64,000 nt of DNA from positions 15,392-79,391 of the forward strand of contig JAIROX010000006.1 of the NCBI GenBank assembly GCA_031257295.1, read 5' to 3'. Position numbers and translations under genes: made by a program. The notes below the pieces were generated by a model. That model ran no database searches, had not been told where the DNA came from, and worked only from the letters and a program-made list of their open reading frames with translations. The DNA is from Candidatus Nomurabacteria bacterium. GTDB taxonomy: Bacteria; Patescibacteriota; Saccharimonadia; Saccharimonadales; Saccharimonadaceae. Below, piece after piece: positions 17,580-28,512 of this stretch (positions are counted from its first letter, which is position 1; every line of letters begins with the position of its first letter).

Positions 17580-17617
17580 TTGACTTTTTACGCCCAGTGT
17601 GGTATAATGAAGGAGAG
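17580..17617 (+). promoter_or_regulatory. orphan near-perfect promoter plus SD with no downstream ORF (antisense to the perM 3' end)
   Basis: TTGACT (17580-17585), 17-nt spacer ending in TGG, TATAAT (17603-17608), then GAAGGAGAG (17609-17617). No ATG, GTG or TTG follows within 40 nt. The converging gene's stop codon is at 17620-17622. Confidence 0.6.
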
Positions 17618-17619
17618 TA

Positions 17620-18741
17620 TTACTTCTTCTTCAAAACTTCTAGATCTTTTAGCTTTCCGACAAAGCTCTTTTTGCTAACTTCAACTTGTTGAAATTCTTC
17701 GAGTAGGATTTTTATGCAAGCGGCAATCGGGATGGCTATAATACCACCAACCAGGCCAAACATATAGATACCGATGATAACCGAGCCGAACACCACCAGT
17801 GCTGGCAAGTTAGAACGCTTGGATTGCACTAGCGGGACGATTAGGTTGTTTTCGATTTGTTGGTAAATGACGAAGTAGATCATGAAAGCAATAGCAGTAC
17901 CGAAATCGTTGAAGGCAAGCAATATGGCTGCGATAATTGCGCCAATCGTAGCACCGAACATAGGGATCAAGCTCATTACTGCAACGATCATGGCCACCGG
18001 GATCGCCAAATCGGCTGAAAAATCGAATATGAAGCTGAATATAAACATTACCAGCGAAGTTACCACACCGTCAATTGACGCTACGGTAAGTTGGCCGACC
18101 ACGTAGTTAGATATTGTCTTGCACATTTTATGAGTAACACGCTCTATACGCTTGGTGCGCTCAAATCTACCGAAATAATCCCACACGCTGCGCATGAAGG
18201 CCGGGCCTTGAATTAGCATCAAGAAGGTCAACACCAACACCAGTAAAGCGCCCGTAAACAGGTTGATAAGCGAGTTTGCGCCAGATACTACATTTGAGCC
18301 AAAATCCTTGACGATACTGGTCGAAAAATCTTTCAACGAGCTGAGCGCTTGATCGCGATACTCAACCAGGCCGTTCTTTTCAATCACCTCGTTAAACCCG
18401 CTCCAGCTATCCACAGCTTGTGATATTACATCTGGCATCGTCTTGATAAAACTAACCGATTGCCGGACAATCGGCGGAATAACCAAAAATAGCACCAGGC
18501 TCAAAACGGCGACTACTAAAAGGTAGGAGGCGGTAGTGCCTAGGCTGCGGCTTCGCCCCGGTAACCATCCGGCTAATTTGCCGACTACTGGATTTAGGGC
18601 GATTGCCAAAAACAGTGATACAAACACAATCAATATACCAGTGCGTGCCTGCCAAATTAGCAGCCCCACTAGCGCAAAACCAATAACTACGAGCCAAAAA
18701 CGAATAAAAGTTTTTGTGTCAATTCCGATGTTTACTTTCAT
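17620..18741 (-). CDS. AI-2E family transporter (PerM/UPF0118)
   Basis: 373 aa with about 8 TM helices. The layout and C-terminal half (...LIPMFGATIGAIIAAILLAF...IENNLIVPLVQSK...) are typical of UPF0118 permeases. Confidence 0.8.
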   Translation of the reverse strand: MKVNIGIDTKTFIRFWLVVIGFALVGLLIWQARTGILIVFVSLFLAIALNPVVGKLAGWLPGRSRSLGTTASYLLVVAVLSLVLFLVIPPIVRQSVSFIKTMPDVISQAVDSWSGFNEVIEKNGLVEYRDQALSSLKDFSTSIVKDFGSNVVSGANSLINLFTGALLVLVLTFLMLIQGPAFMRSVWDYFGRFERTKRIERVTHKMCKTISNYVVGQLTVASIDGVVTSLVMFIFSFIFDFSADLAIPVAMIVAVMSLIPMFGATIGAIIAAILLAFNDFGTAIAFMIYFVIYQQIENNLIVPLVQSKRSNLPALVVFGSVIIGIYMFGLVGGIIAIPIAACIKILLEEFQQVEVSKKSFVGKLKDLEVLKKK

Positions 18742-18765
18742 GGTTGTATTTTACCACATATGGGC

Positions 18766-19788
18766 TTAAGAATCAGCCTTACGCTTAGATAAGTGGCTGC
18801 GTTTTAACGAAGTGGTTTTCTTGCCCCTTATACGGCGCACGATCGCAGTCACGATACCGGCTAATATGACCAGTATCAAGCACAGCCCAGCAATGATAAC
18901 TGGCAGTGGAGCTACTAGTACCAGGTGGGTAACGGTGCTAGTTTGCTCTGATGTTTTAATGTCCTGGCTCACTAGGTATAGCCCTGTGCTGATATTTTCA
19001 CTCGCCAAAGTTGCACGCCGATCAGTGTCAGGCAAGATGCTTAGCCGGCTTTTACCGCAAACTTCTGTAGCTTTATCGTGCTTATCTTTGCAGGCTCCTG
19101 CGCCAAACAAGTTCTTAATTTTTAATGTATAGCTAGCGCTTGTGTCGATATTGCCGCTATTTTTAACCAACGAGCCAACTGATATCGTAGCATTAGTGGA
19201 TAACAGTGGCACAGAGTTTTTGACAACTTTGGCATCATTCTTAGTGTTACCGCCAAGATCAGCCATCAATAATGTACCGACTCGGCCTTTTACCAAAACA
19301 CCCGTATCATCAATCTGCTTATCTGCACCGGCTCCAAACTCCACCAGAATCGCTACGTACTGTCCGCCGTCTGGTAAATTTTTTGGTGCCTTTATGGCAT
19401 AGGGAACCTCAACAGATTCTTTAGCTTTTATAGAATACTCTTGGCTTTCAAAACTGATCCAGCGTGCCAGCTCAGTGTGCTTAGTGTATTTATCGTAAAC
19501 TGGGGCGTAGCTTTCGTCTTGCACCCAATATGGAGCTGCCGAAACTTTAACTTTAGTTTCGGCAGAGCTGTCGTTTAAGATTCGTATATTGCCAGTATAC
19601 TTCTGATTAGACCTTAGCTTGATACGCCTGGTGACTGGCTTTACGCTAATATTGTTGGGATTTTTTTCTTTGGAACCTAGTGCAGGTTGCAGTGCGAACA
19701 AAGGAACTAGAATAGCAGAGCAGGCCACCGCAGCTATAGCGAGCTTAGCAGCTATTACCATCCGTTCTCTCACGCCCAAACCAAACAT
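18766..19788 (-). CDS. surface protein with N-terminal signal and C-terminal TM anchor (DUF916-like Ig-fold pattern)
   Basis: Signal peptide, then a beta-rich ectodomain (IRILNDSSAETKVKVSAAPYWV...ARWISFESQEYSIKAKESVEVPYAIKAPKNLPDGGQYVAILVE). The C-terminus has a TM helix plus a basic tail. The family guess comes from the pattern only. Confidence 0.65.
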   Translation of the reverse strand: MFGLGVRERMVIAAKLAIAAVACSAILVPLFALQPALGSKEKNPNNISVKPVTRRIKLRSNQKYTGNIRILNDSSAETKVKVSAAPYWVQDESYAPVYDKYTKHTELARWISFESQEYSIKAKESVEVPYAIKAPKNLPDGGQYVAILVEFGAGADKQIDDTGVLVKGRVGTLLMADLGGNTKNDAKVVKNSVPLLSTNATISVGSLVKNSGNIDTSASYTLKIKNLFGAGACKDKHDKATEVCGKSRLSILPDTDRRATLASENISTGLYLVSQDIKTSEQTSTVTHLVLVAPLPVIIAGLCLILVILAGIVTAIVRRIRGKKTTSLKRSHLSKRKADS

Positions 19789-19857
19789 ATAATTAATTAC
19801 ACCAATAATGTACTAATTGTAGCACAGACTGCGGTCAATTACTAAGGCGCATTAGTC

Positions 19858-21039
<1,182 letters not shown>

Positions 21040-21065
21040 TCAGCTGGTGCTAATATAAAGATAGT

Positions 21066-21737
21066 ATGAAAATTTTAGTGATCGAAGACGAACCGAAAAT
21101 CGCAGGCGCCATTGCACGTGGGCTAAGACAAGAAAAGTTTATTGCTGAAGTATACGACAACGGCGAAAGTGGCTTGGCAGCAGCACTTGGTGACGAGTAC
21201 GATGTGATGATAATTGATCGCATGCTACCAGGCATAGAAGGTGTTGAGATTACGCGCCAGATACGTACGGCTGGTATCCACACGCCAATATTGATCTTGA
21301 CGGCCAAGAGTCAGATACGCGACCGTGTGGAGGGGCTAGACGCCGGTGCTGATGATTACCTAGTTAAGCCGTTTAGCTTCGAAGAGCTCTTAGCGCGCAT
21401 CCGCGCATTGCTGCGTCGCCCCCAGGATGCAACTGATAACACTTTGCGCGCTGGTAATCTAGTACTCGACACCGTGAGCTACGACGTACGCCGCGGCAAA
21501 AAACGCATAAAGCTCACTACCACTGAATTCTCGCTTCTCGAATATCTAATGCGTAACGCCGGGCGAGTACTAAGCAAAGACAAAATTATCGGCCACGTGT
21601 GGGATTTCGACGCCGACATTCTACCAAACACCGTCGAAGCATACATCGGCAGCCTGCGCCGCAAGGTTGACAAGCCATTCAAAGGCAAACCGCTCATCCA
21701 AACCATGCGCGGTTTTGGATATAAGGTTGAGGATTAA
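21066..21737 (+). CDS. OmpR-family response regulator
   Basis: Receiver domain (ILVIEDEP..., DVMIIDRMLPG, LTAK, KPF) and a winged-helix output domain (LTTTEFSLLEYLM...GFGYKV). Confidence 0.92.
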   Translation: MKILVIEDEPKIAGAIARGLRQEKFIAEVYDNGESGLAAALGDEYDVMIIDRMLPGIEGVEITRQIRTAGIHTPILILTAKSQIRDRVEGLDAGADDYLVKPFSFEELLARIRALLRRPQDATDNTLRAGNLVLDTVSYDVRRGKKRIKLTTTEFSLLEYLMRNAGRVLSKDKIIGHVWDFDADILPNTVEAYIGSLRRKVDKPFKGKPLIQTMRGFGYKVED

Positions 21738-21738
21738 A

Positions 21739-22698
21739 ATGAAAGTATTTGACAAAGCAGTCGTCAAGCTAACAGCCGCTTACACCTTGGTCTTATTAGC
21801 CCTTAGTGTTGGATTCAGTGTAGCCTTTTATGCTGTTATTGACACACAGCTAAACCGGCCGTTCCAACCCCGCCCCGGTATGGCGCGTGAAGTTTTACCA
21901 GATGGCAACAGTGACTTCCGCGTTATGATGGATCAACGCGATGAAAAAGTGCGCACCAATCTAGTGTTTAGTCTGATCTCAATCAACACAACCGTGTTGT
22001 TGCTTGGTGCAGTTGCTAGCTATCTTTTAGCACGCTTAACACTCAAGCCGATTAACGAAGCCTTTGAAGCGCAGAGTCGGTTCGTACAGGATGCCAGCCA
22101 CGAACTACGAACGCCATTAGCGGCCATCGCCATGGAAAACGAAGTTCTGCTACGCGACGGATCAGCAGGCAAAAAGGAGCTGGTAGCCCAGGTTAGCAGC
22201 AACCTAGAAGAGATCCAAAAGTTGCAAAAGTTAGCCAACACCCTGCTTAGCCTAGATGGCACTCAGCCGCTAAAGGTTTATAAACTAGATCTCAAGATAA
22301 CAGGGGAAAACGCTCGCAAAAAGTGTACAAAATCAGCGTCTGAAAAACACATAAGTATAGACGTGACTGCCACAGGTGAACTTATGGCTAACAAAGAAGT
22401 CCTAGAGCAATTGTTGGTTATCCTGATAGAGAATGCTATCAAATATAGCCCGGCCGGCACGACCATAACAGTAGATGGGCAGGATGGCCAAATATGGGTA
22501 AGCGACGAAGGCCCGGGTGTTGCGCCCGAAGATCTACCGCATATTTTTGAACGGTTCTATCGCGGCGAGAAGTCGCGAACCAGCACAGGCTACGGTCTGG
22601 GTTTGCCCCTAGCACAACACCTGGCATCCCAAATGAGCATGCGCGTCACCGCTAGCAACAACTCCAAGTGCGGTGCTACGTTCCGTGTTTCGTGCTAA
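21739..22698 (+). CDS. sensor histidine kinase
   Basis: ATG 21739 follows a GAGGA SD. Two TM segments, then the H-box FVQDASHELRTPL, the N-box ENAIKYS, G1 DEGPGV and G2 GYGLGL. Confidence 0.9.
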   Translation: MKVFDKAVVKLTAAYTLVLLALSVGFSVAFYAVIDTQLNRPFQPRPGMAREVLPDGNSDFRVMMDQRDEKVRTNLVFSLISINTTVLLLGAVASYLLARLTLKPINEAFEAQSRFVQDASHELRTPLAAIAMENEVLLRDGSAGKKELVAQVSSNLEEIQKLQKLANTLLSLDGTQPLKVYKLDLKITGENARKKCTKSASEKHISIDVTATGELMANKEVLEQLLVILIENAIKYSPAGTTITVDGQDGQIWVSDEGPGVAPEDLPHIFERFYRGEKSRTSTGYGLGLPLAQHLASQMSMRVTASNNSKCGATFRVSC

Positions 22699-22724
22699 AA
22701 TGCAATCAGCGTAAGGAGATACCT

Positions 22725-23036
22725 ATGGCAACGACGGTGGACTTTGTAGAATACATAACTGAGAGTTTAGCCCATACGGGCACGATTCGCTACAGGAAAA
22801 TGTTTGGCGAATACATGGTTTATGTTAACGAAAAACCGCTAGTGCTTGTATGCGACAATACGGCGTTTGTAAAAATGCTACCGTGCGTGGAAGACCTACT
22901 TTCGGAAACCGGATACCCATATTCGGGCGCAAAAGAGCACTATGTATTAGACCCAGAGCGTCCAGACCTAGACAAGATAATTGCAAGACTCGACGAGGCC
23001 ATACCAAAGTCGAAGCCAAAGAAAGGCAACAAGTAG
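22725..23036 (+). CDS. TfoX N-terminal domain protein
   Basis: AAGGAG SD before ATG 22725. The sequence RKMFGEYMVYVNEKPLVLVCDNTAFVK matches the TfoX-N pattern. Confidence 0.75.
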   Translation: MATTVDFVEYITESLAHTGTIRYRKMFGEYMVYVNEKPLVLVCDNTAFVKMLPCVEDLLSETGYPYSGAKEHYVLDPERPDLDKIIARLDEAIPKSKPKKGNK

Positions 23037-23108
23037 CTAAGACTACCTTCAGCCCGCGTTCAGTTTGAGGTGTTTTAATAGTGGTCAAGTAACCTAAAAG
23101 GAGAACAA

Positions 23109-24575
23109 ATGTTCAAAAATATGTTAAAACGCTCATGGCTGAGTACGGTCCGCAAGCCGTCACGCACAGTTATTCTGATGCTAGTTTTGTTCGTGATGGC
23201 TAATATGCTGTTGGCCACAATAGCTATCAAGGGGGCGGTAAGCGAAAGTGTCAAGTACGCCAAGGAGACCCTGGGCGGAGTGGTCTACCTACAGCCTGAT
23301 ATGGAGTCTCTGCGTGAAAAAGCTATGGCAAACAATGGGTTAGAGAATTCAACGCAGCGGGTCAGAATTGAACGGCCTAGTATCTCTATTGAAACTGCTA
23401 AAAAAATTGCTGACAGCGAGTACGTGAAAGACTACACATACAGTATTCAAACCAGCGCTAATGCTAGCGGATTTGAGCTAGTTGAGACAGAACAACAGCA
23501 GATGCGTGATCGTATAAAAAACAGCGGTGATATTAACCGGCCAGGAGGCGCAAGCGGCGGGTTCTCCTTTGCAAGCGGTGACACTAGTATTGTAGGTATC
23601 AATTCATTTGCATTTATTACCGATGTTGAGACTGGCAATATGAAGCTGTCGGATGGTAAGATTTTCGACGAAAATACGGAGGACGGCGTGGTCGTCTCGG
23701 CTGACCTAGCCAGCCATAATTCACTAAAGGTTGGCAGCACCATCAAGCTAAACACCACGGCCGAAACACCAGAAGAGGTCTCGCTAAAAATTATCGGCAT
23801 TTTTGAGAATACAAACGACAGCTACGATCCGAACACGATTTACGCCAACATCGACACGGCAGCCAAGCTTTCATCAGACAGCAGCAACCTCGGCGTGCAA
23901 AGTGTTAAATATTACCTGGTAAACGCCGAAGATAAAGACGCCTTTGTAGCTGAGGCTAAAGCTAAGTATCCTTCTTTGGAAACTGACGGATTAAAAATTG
24001 ATATAGACACTTCAGCATACGACCAAATGGTTGGGCCCATAGAATCAGTCGGCAGCTTCGCTACTACAATCTTGTGGGTAGTGGTTATTGCCAGCATCGT
24101 GATCATAACCCTGATCGTGACCATCAACGTTAAAGATCGACGCTATGAAATGGGTGTGTTGCTCAGCCTCGGCGCTAAGCGAACTAACATCCTTGGGCAA
24201 GTTTTGTTAGAACTCGTATTAGTCGGCACAGTGGCTTTCGCCCTATCAATCGGCACGGGTACATTCATAGCGCGAGCCATGGGCGATGGCTTGCTTAAAC
24301 AGCAGGTTGCCATGAATGAGGATAGCCAGGAGCAAGGTTTCGGCCGCGGGCAGAATGCCGGCGCCATGCGCGGTGGCGGACGTATGATGATGGGCGGTGC
24401 GCCAGCTAGTCAACGATCCGTTGAGGTTATCAAAGAAATAGATGTTAACGCTAGTATGGGCGACTATGTCACCCTGTTCGCAGCTGGATATGCAGTGCTG
24501 ATCGTGGCGCTGGTTCTACCAAGTATAAATATCTTACGTTATCAACCAAAAACAATCTTGACAAGTAAGGAGTAG
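23109..24575 (+). CDS. MacB/FtsX-type ABC transporter permease with large extracytoplasmic domain
   Basis: TM1, then an ectodomain of about 300 aa, then three C-terminal TM helices of FtsX type. An unusual Gly/Met-rich insert (GFGRGQNAGAMRGGGRMMMGGAPAS) sits in the last loop. Confidence 0.85.
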   Translation: MFKNMLKRSWLSTVRKPSRTVILMLVLFVMANMLLATIAIKGAVSESVKYAKETLGGVVYLQPDMESLREKAMANNGLENSTQRVRIERPSISIETAKKIADSEYVKDYTYSIQTSANASGFELVETEQQQMRDRIKNSGDINRPGGASGGFSFASGDTSIVGINSFAFITDVETGNMKLSDGKIFDENTEDGVVVSADLASHNSLKVGSTIKLNTTAETPEEVSLKIIGIFENTNDSYDPNTIYANIDTAAKLSSDSSNLGVQSVKYYLVNAEDKDAFVAEAKAKYPSLETDGLKIDIDTSAYDQMVGPIESVGSFATTILWVVVIASIVIITLIVTINVKDRRYEMGVLLSLGAKRTNILGQVLLELVLVGTVAFALSIGTGTFIARAMGDGLLKQQVAMNEDSQEQGFGRGQNAGAMRGGGRMMMGGAPASQRSVEVIKEIDVNASMGDYVTLFAAGYAVLIVALVLPSINILRYQPKTILTSKE

Positions 24576-24577
24576 CG

Positions 24578-25243
24578 ATGAGTAAGTTAGAAGTTAAAAA
24601 CTTGAAACATACCTATAGCGACGGCCAGCGTGATGTGCATGTACTAAAAGGCGTAAACGCAACTTTCGAGAGCGGCAAGATGTATGCCATTGTGGGCGAG
24701 AGTGGCAGTGGCAAAACTACATTGATTTCTCTTATCGCTGCGCTAGACAAGGTCCAGGATGGTGATATTAAATTTGACGGAAAGTCGATTCATGAAATCG
24801 GCGAAAGCCAATTTAGGCTAAAGTATGTGAATATTGTATTCCAGGCGTTTAATCTCATCAAATACATGACGGCGCGTGAAAATGTAGAAGTGGCGTTAGA
24901 CTTTTCGGGCCACGGCAAAGATGAGAAAACTCGGGCCTATGAGCTATTAGAACATGTTGGTATTAACCGCGATAAAGCCGATCGCCTAGTGCAAAAACTC
25001 AGCGGGGGCGAGCAGCAGCGCGTAGCAATTGCTCGCAGCATGGCCGGTGACGTACCTATCATAGTAGCAGATGAACCAACTGGCAACCTAGACGAAAAAA
25101 CTGAAGGAAAGATCCTGACGTTGTTCAAAGAACTAGCCGACAAAGGCAAGATCGTCATAGTCGTGACACACAGTCAAAAGGTAGCCAAGCATGCCAACGC
25201 TACTGTTTACCACATGAAAAATGGTACCTTGATTAAACGTTAG
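24578..25243 (+). CDS. ABC transporter ATP-binding protein (MacB/LolD-like)
   Basis: Walker A GESGSGKTT, signature LSGGEQQRVAIAR, Walker B IIVADEPTGNLD. Confidence 0.93.
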   Translation: MSKLEVKNLKHTYSDGQRDVHVLKGVNATFESGKMYAIVGESGSGKTTLISLIAALDKVQDGDIKFDGKSIHEIGESQFRLKYVNIVFQAFNLIKYMTARENVEVALDFSGHGKDEKTRAYELLEHVGINRDKADRLVQKLSGGEQQRVAIARSMAGDVPIIVADEPTGNLDEKTEGKILTLFKELADKGKIVIVVTHSQKVAKHANATVYHMKNGTLIKR

Positions 25244-25614
25244 GCTTCAGTCGCAGTATACAATCCGTGCAGATTGCAATACTCATAGGCCGTGATCGGC
25301 TCGTCACTATCAACCATAAACTCGGCCTCTGGCGCGTCGCCAGGCTTAAGCTGAATCAGTTGAAACTTACCAGCGCACTGGGCGGCAACCCACTCAATAT
25401 AGTGTTCGGGCGTCATAGGGTGAGATTCAGATCCAACCTTAACCAGCACTTTATAACCGTCACGCACGATCACTGGCACATGTTTTTCTAGTGCGCCGTC
25501 TGTACTAGCAGCTTGCATTTCTGTCATATCTTCACCACAACATTGAGGTGTAACACCTGCATCATATACTACCGCAAACATATTTCCGCAATGCTTACAT
25601 TTATAAAATTTCAT
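25240..25614 (-). CDS. dfx: desulfoferrodoxin (class I superoxide reductase)
   Basis: Desulforedoxin-like N-terminus YKCKHCGNMF...CCGEDM, then EKHVPV, HPMTPEHYIEW and YCNLHGL. AAGGAGG SD. Confidence 0.92.
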   Translation of the reverse strand: MKFYKCKHCGNMFAVVYDAGVTPQCCGEDMTEMQAASTDGALEKHVPVIVRDGYKVLVKVGSESHPMTPEHYIEWVAAQCAGKFQLIQLKPGDAPEAEFMVDSDEPITAYEYCNLHGLYTATEA

Positions 25615-25663
25615 AGCAACCTCCTTTTTATATATTCTAGCACGTACGTGATAAAATTAGTTC

Positions 25664-26311
25664 ATGCATGAATCATGGAAAAAGTACCTAGACGCTGAAT
25701 TTGCTAGGCCATACTTCAAGGACCTATCTACATTTCTACACGAGGCGTACGAGTCTGCCAACATATACCCGCCCAAACAGCAAGTGTTTAGCGCCTTTAC
25801 CACAGATCTGAACGACATCAAGGTCGTGATAATCGGGCAAGACCCTTACCACGGCCCACGTCAAGCACATGGGCTAGCGTTTTCAGTGCGGCCCGAAGTA
25901 GCTACGCCGCCCAGTTTAGTTAATATCTTCAAAGAAATTCACGATGACACGGGTGCACCAATACCGAGTAACGGCAATCTAAAACGCTGGGCCGAGCAGG
26001 GAGTATTATTGTTGAACAACACGCTGACGGTCGAGGCCCACAAGGCCGGCAGCCATCGCGGTAAGGGTTGGGAACAGTTCACCGATGCTATGATCAAGAT
26101 GCTAAGTAATGAGCGCGAAAACTTGGTGTTTTTACTTTGGGGCCGTGATGCGCGCAGCAAAGTGTCGCTCATCGACACCAGTAAGCACTTATTGCTTGAA
26201 GCGCCGCACCCTTCACCATTCTCGGCCAGCTACGGGTTCTTTGGCTGCAAGCATTTTAGTAAAACCAACGACTATCTGCGCGAGCATGACAAGCCTGAAA
26301 TTAAGTGGTAA
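25664..26311 (+). CDS. ung: uracil-DNA glycosylase
   Basis: GQDPYHGPRQAHGLAFSV, LLLNNTLTV and HPSP motifs. TGaTAAAAT at 25649-25657 lies 6 nt upstream of the ATG. Confidence 0.95.
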   Translation: MHESWKKYLDAEFARPYFKDLSTFLHEAYESANIYPPKQQVFSAFTTDLNDIKVVIIGQDPYHGPRQAHGLAFSVRPEVATPPSLVNIFKEIHDDTGAPIPSNGNLKRWAEQGVLLLNNTLTVEAHKAGSHRGKGWEQFTDAMIKMLSNERENLVFLLWGRDARSKVSLIDTSKHLLLEAPHPSPFSASYGFFGCKHFSKTNDYLREHDKPEIKW

Positions 26312-26329
26312 GGGCGGGTGTCCGGCAAA

Positions 26330-26358
26330 TTGACACATTGCCTCTGTTAGGGTACAAT
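26330..26358 (+). promoter_or_regulatory. typA promoter (leaderless configuration)
   Basis: TTGACA (26330-26335), 17-nt spacer, TACAAT (26353-26358). The ATG at 26367 lies 8 nt downstream with no SD. Confidence 0.65.
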
Positions 26359-26366
26359 CTAACGTT

Positions 26367-28190
26367 ATGCAAATCACAACCGATAAGATTCGCAACATTG
26401 CGATAATTGCTCACGTTGACCACGGCAAAACCACCATGGTAGATGGCCTGCTGAAGCAAAGCCACACTTTTCGCGACAACCAAGCCGAGATGAGTGAAAA
26501 GCTCATCATGGACAGCGGCGACCAAGAACGCGAGCGCGGCATCACCATAACTGCTAAGCAAACTACGATTTATCACGACGACCACAAAATTAATATTATT
26601 GACACGCCAGGCCACGCCGATTTTTCGGGCGAGGTAGAACGCACGCTCAACATGGCCGACGGTGTGATGCTGATTGTCGACGCCGCCGAGGGCCCCATGC
26701 CGCAGACCAAGTTTGTGCTTAGTAAAGCCCTCGAGCTAGGGCTAAAACCCATTGTAGTTATCAACAAAATCGACAAACCAGCTCGCCGAATCGAAGAAGT
26801 AAAAGGCGAAATTGAAGACTTATTCTTAGAACTTGCCACCAGCGACGACCAGCTGCACTACCCGATCTACTACGCCATTGGTCGCGAAGAAAAGGCTTGG
26901 GCCGAGTTGCCCGACAACCCCGAACAACACGCCGACTTGTCCGTGATTTTTGACGCTATCATCAACCAAATCCCCGCGCCAGAAGCCAAGGCCGGCGGCC
27001 TGCAAATGCTGGTTACCAGCCTGCAATACGATTCGTTCGTGGGCAAATACGCCATCGGCAAAGTTAGCCGCGGCAAAATCGCTCGCTCCGCGCCTATCAA
27101 ATTAGTGCAAACTTCGGGCGAGGCGATTAGCGCAAAAGTTGACAAACTTTTTGTGTTCCGTGGGCTAGTTAAAGAAGAAATCGACGAGGCAGTTTGCGGC
27201 GACATTGTGGCTGTAACTGGTGTAGGCGAGGCGCACATTGGTGAAACCATTGCCGACTTTGACAACCCCGAAGCCCTGCCAGTTATGAAACTTGAACAAC
27301 CTACGCTCAGTATGTACTTAGGGCCAAACACCAGCCCATTTAAGGGGCGCGAAGGTGACTACACCACCAGCCGGCAAATTGGCGACCGCTTGCAGCGCGA
27401 GCTCGAAACCAACGTAGCCCTGCATGTCGAAGATAACGGAATCGGCTTTAAGATTAGCGGCCGCGGCGAGCTGCACCTGTCGGTTCTAATCGAAACCATG
27501 CGCCGCGAAGGCTACGAGTTCGAAGTTGGCCGGCCCGAGGTTGTAACGATCCAAAAAGACGGCAAGACTATGGAGCCGGTCGAAGATTGCATCATAGAAG
27601 TTGGCCAAGAGTTTGTGGGCGCGGTTAGCCAAGCCTTGGGTGTGCGGCGCGGCGTGCTAAAAAACCAAGAAGCCACCAGCCAGGGCGCAGCGCGCATGGA
27701 GTACAAGATTCCAACTCGCGGGCTGATTGGCCTGCGCAACCAGCTACTTACCGCTACCAAAGGCACCGTTATTATTAATTCTTTACCCGCCGGCTACGAG
27801 CCAATGGGGACCGCAATGCCTAAAAATCGCAATGGCGCACTGGTAGCGTTCGAGCCTGGCGCAACCACTACTTACGCACTAGCTAACGCCGAAGCCCGCG
27901 GTGAACTATTTGTCGGCCCGGCGGTCGAAGTTTACGCCGGCATGGTGATTGGCCAAAACAACCGCCAAGAAGATCTAGAGGTGAACGTTTGCAAAGGCAA
28001 ACATCTCACCAACATGCGCGCCAGCGGCAGCGACGGTGCTGTACAGCTCACGCCGTACACAGAACTCAGCCTAGAGCAGTGCATAGATTTTATAGCCAAC
28101 GACGAGCTGCTTGAAGTTACGCCCAAAAACTTGCGTCTCAGAAAGCGCATTCTGGACCCGACTTTACGTAAACGAGCCAACAAAACATAG
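26367..28190 (+). CDS. typA: translational GTPase TypA/BipA
   Basis: G1 [10 protein letters not shown]3 DTPGHADF, G4 NKID. The 607-aa length and EF-G-like domain order are those of TypA. Confidence 0.95.
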   Translation: MQITTDKIRNIAIIAHVDHGKTTMVDGLLKQSHTFRDNQAEMSEKLIMDSGDQERERGITITAKQTTIYHDDHKINIIDTPGHADFSGEVERTLNMADGVMLIVDAAEGPMPQTKFVLSKALELGLKPIVVINKIDKPARRIEEVKGEIEDLFLELATSDDQLHYPIYYAIGREEKAWAELPDNPEQHADLSVIFDAIINQIPAPEAKAGGLQMLVTSLQYDSFVGKYAIGKVSRGKIARSAPIKLVQTSGEAISAKVDKLFVFRGLVKEEIDEAVCGDIVAVTGVGEAHIGETIADFDNPEALPVMKLEQPTLSMYLGPNTSPFKGREGDYTTSRQIGDRLQRELETNVALHVEDNGIGFKISGRGELHLSVLIETMRREGYEFEVGRPEVVTIQKDGKTMEPVEDCIIEVGQEFVGAVSQALGVRRGVLKNQEATSQGAARMEYKIPTRGLIGLRNQLLTATKGTVIINSLPAGYEPMGTAMPKNRNGALVAFEPGATTTYALANAEARGELFVGPAVEVYAGMVIGQNNRQEDLEVNVCKGKHLTNMRASGSDGAVQLTPYTELSLEQCIDFIANDELLEVTPKNLRLRKRILDPTLRKRANKT

Positions 28191-28193
28191 CAC

Positions 28194-28223
28194 TTGACAA
28201 TCAGTCGGATATCTCCGTATAAT
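28194..28223 (+). promoter_or_regulatory. consensus sigma70 promoter of a stand-alone non-coding unit
   Basis: TTGACA (28194-28199), 18-nt spacer, TATAAT (28218-28223). It begins 4 nt after the typA stop. Confidence 0.7.
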
Positions 28224-28284
28224 TCTAATAGTTATTTTCTTTTTTGGAAGGTAACTAAACAAAAAATAATAGGAGGATCAGGCT

Positions 28285-28332
28285 ATGACCCAATTATTGT
28301 TTTTTGCGAGTGCAAGTAGTTTACTTAGCTAA
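28285..28332 (+). CDS. 15-codon ORF (MTQLLFFASASSLLS) with strong SD, inside the candidate RNA
   Basis: AGGAGG (28271-28276) lies 8 nt before the ATG at 28285, and TAA is at 28330-28332. Its codons 9-12 form the 5' strand of the long-range helix. Confidence 0.35.
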   Translation: MTQLLFFASASSLLS

Positions 28333-28512
28333 TTGGGCACGCCACCATTGCAAGGTGATATGCACAAAATCTAATTAAAGGTGCCATGCGAAGCAAATCG
28401 CTTAGCGAGCCGTGGTAGCGGCAAATTGGTACTAGGATGAAAAACAGAGACGACAATCTGCGCTCCAGGACACATGTTAGCTGCAGCGTGTCCGCTACTT
28501 GCAAACTACCTG

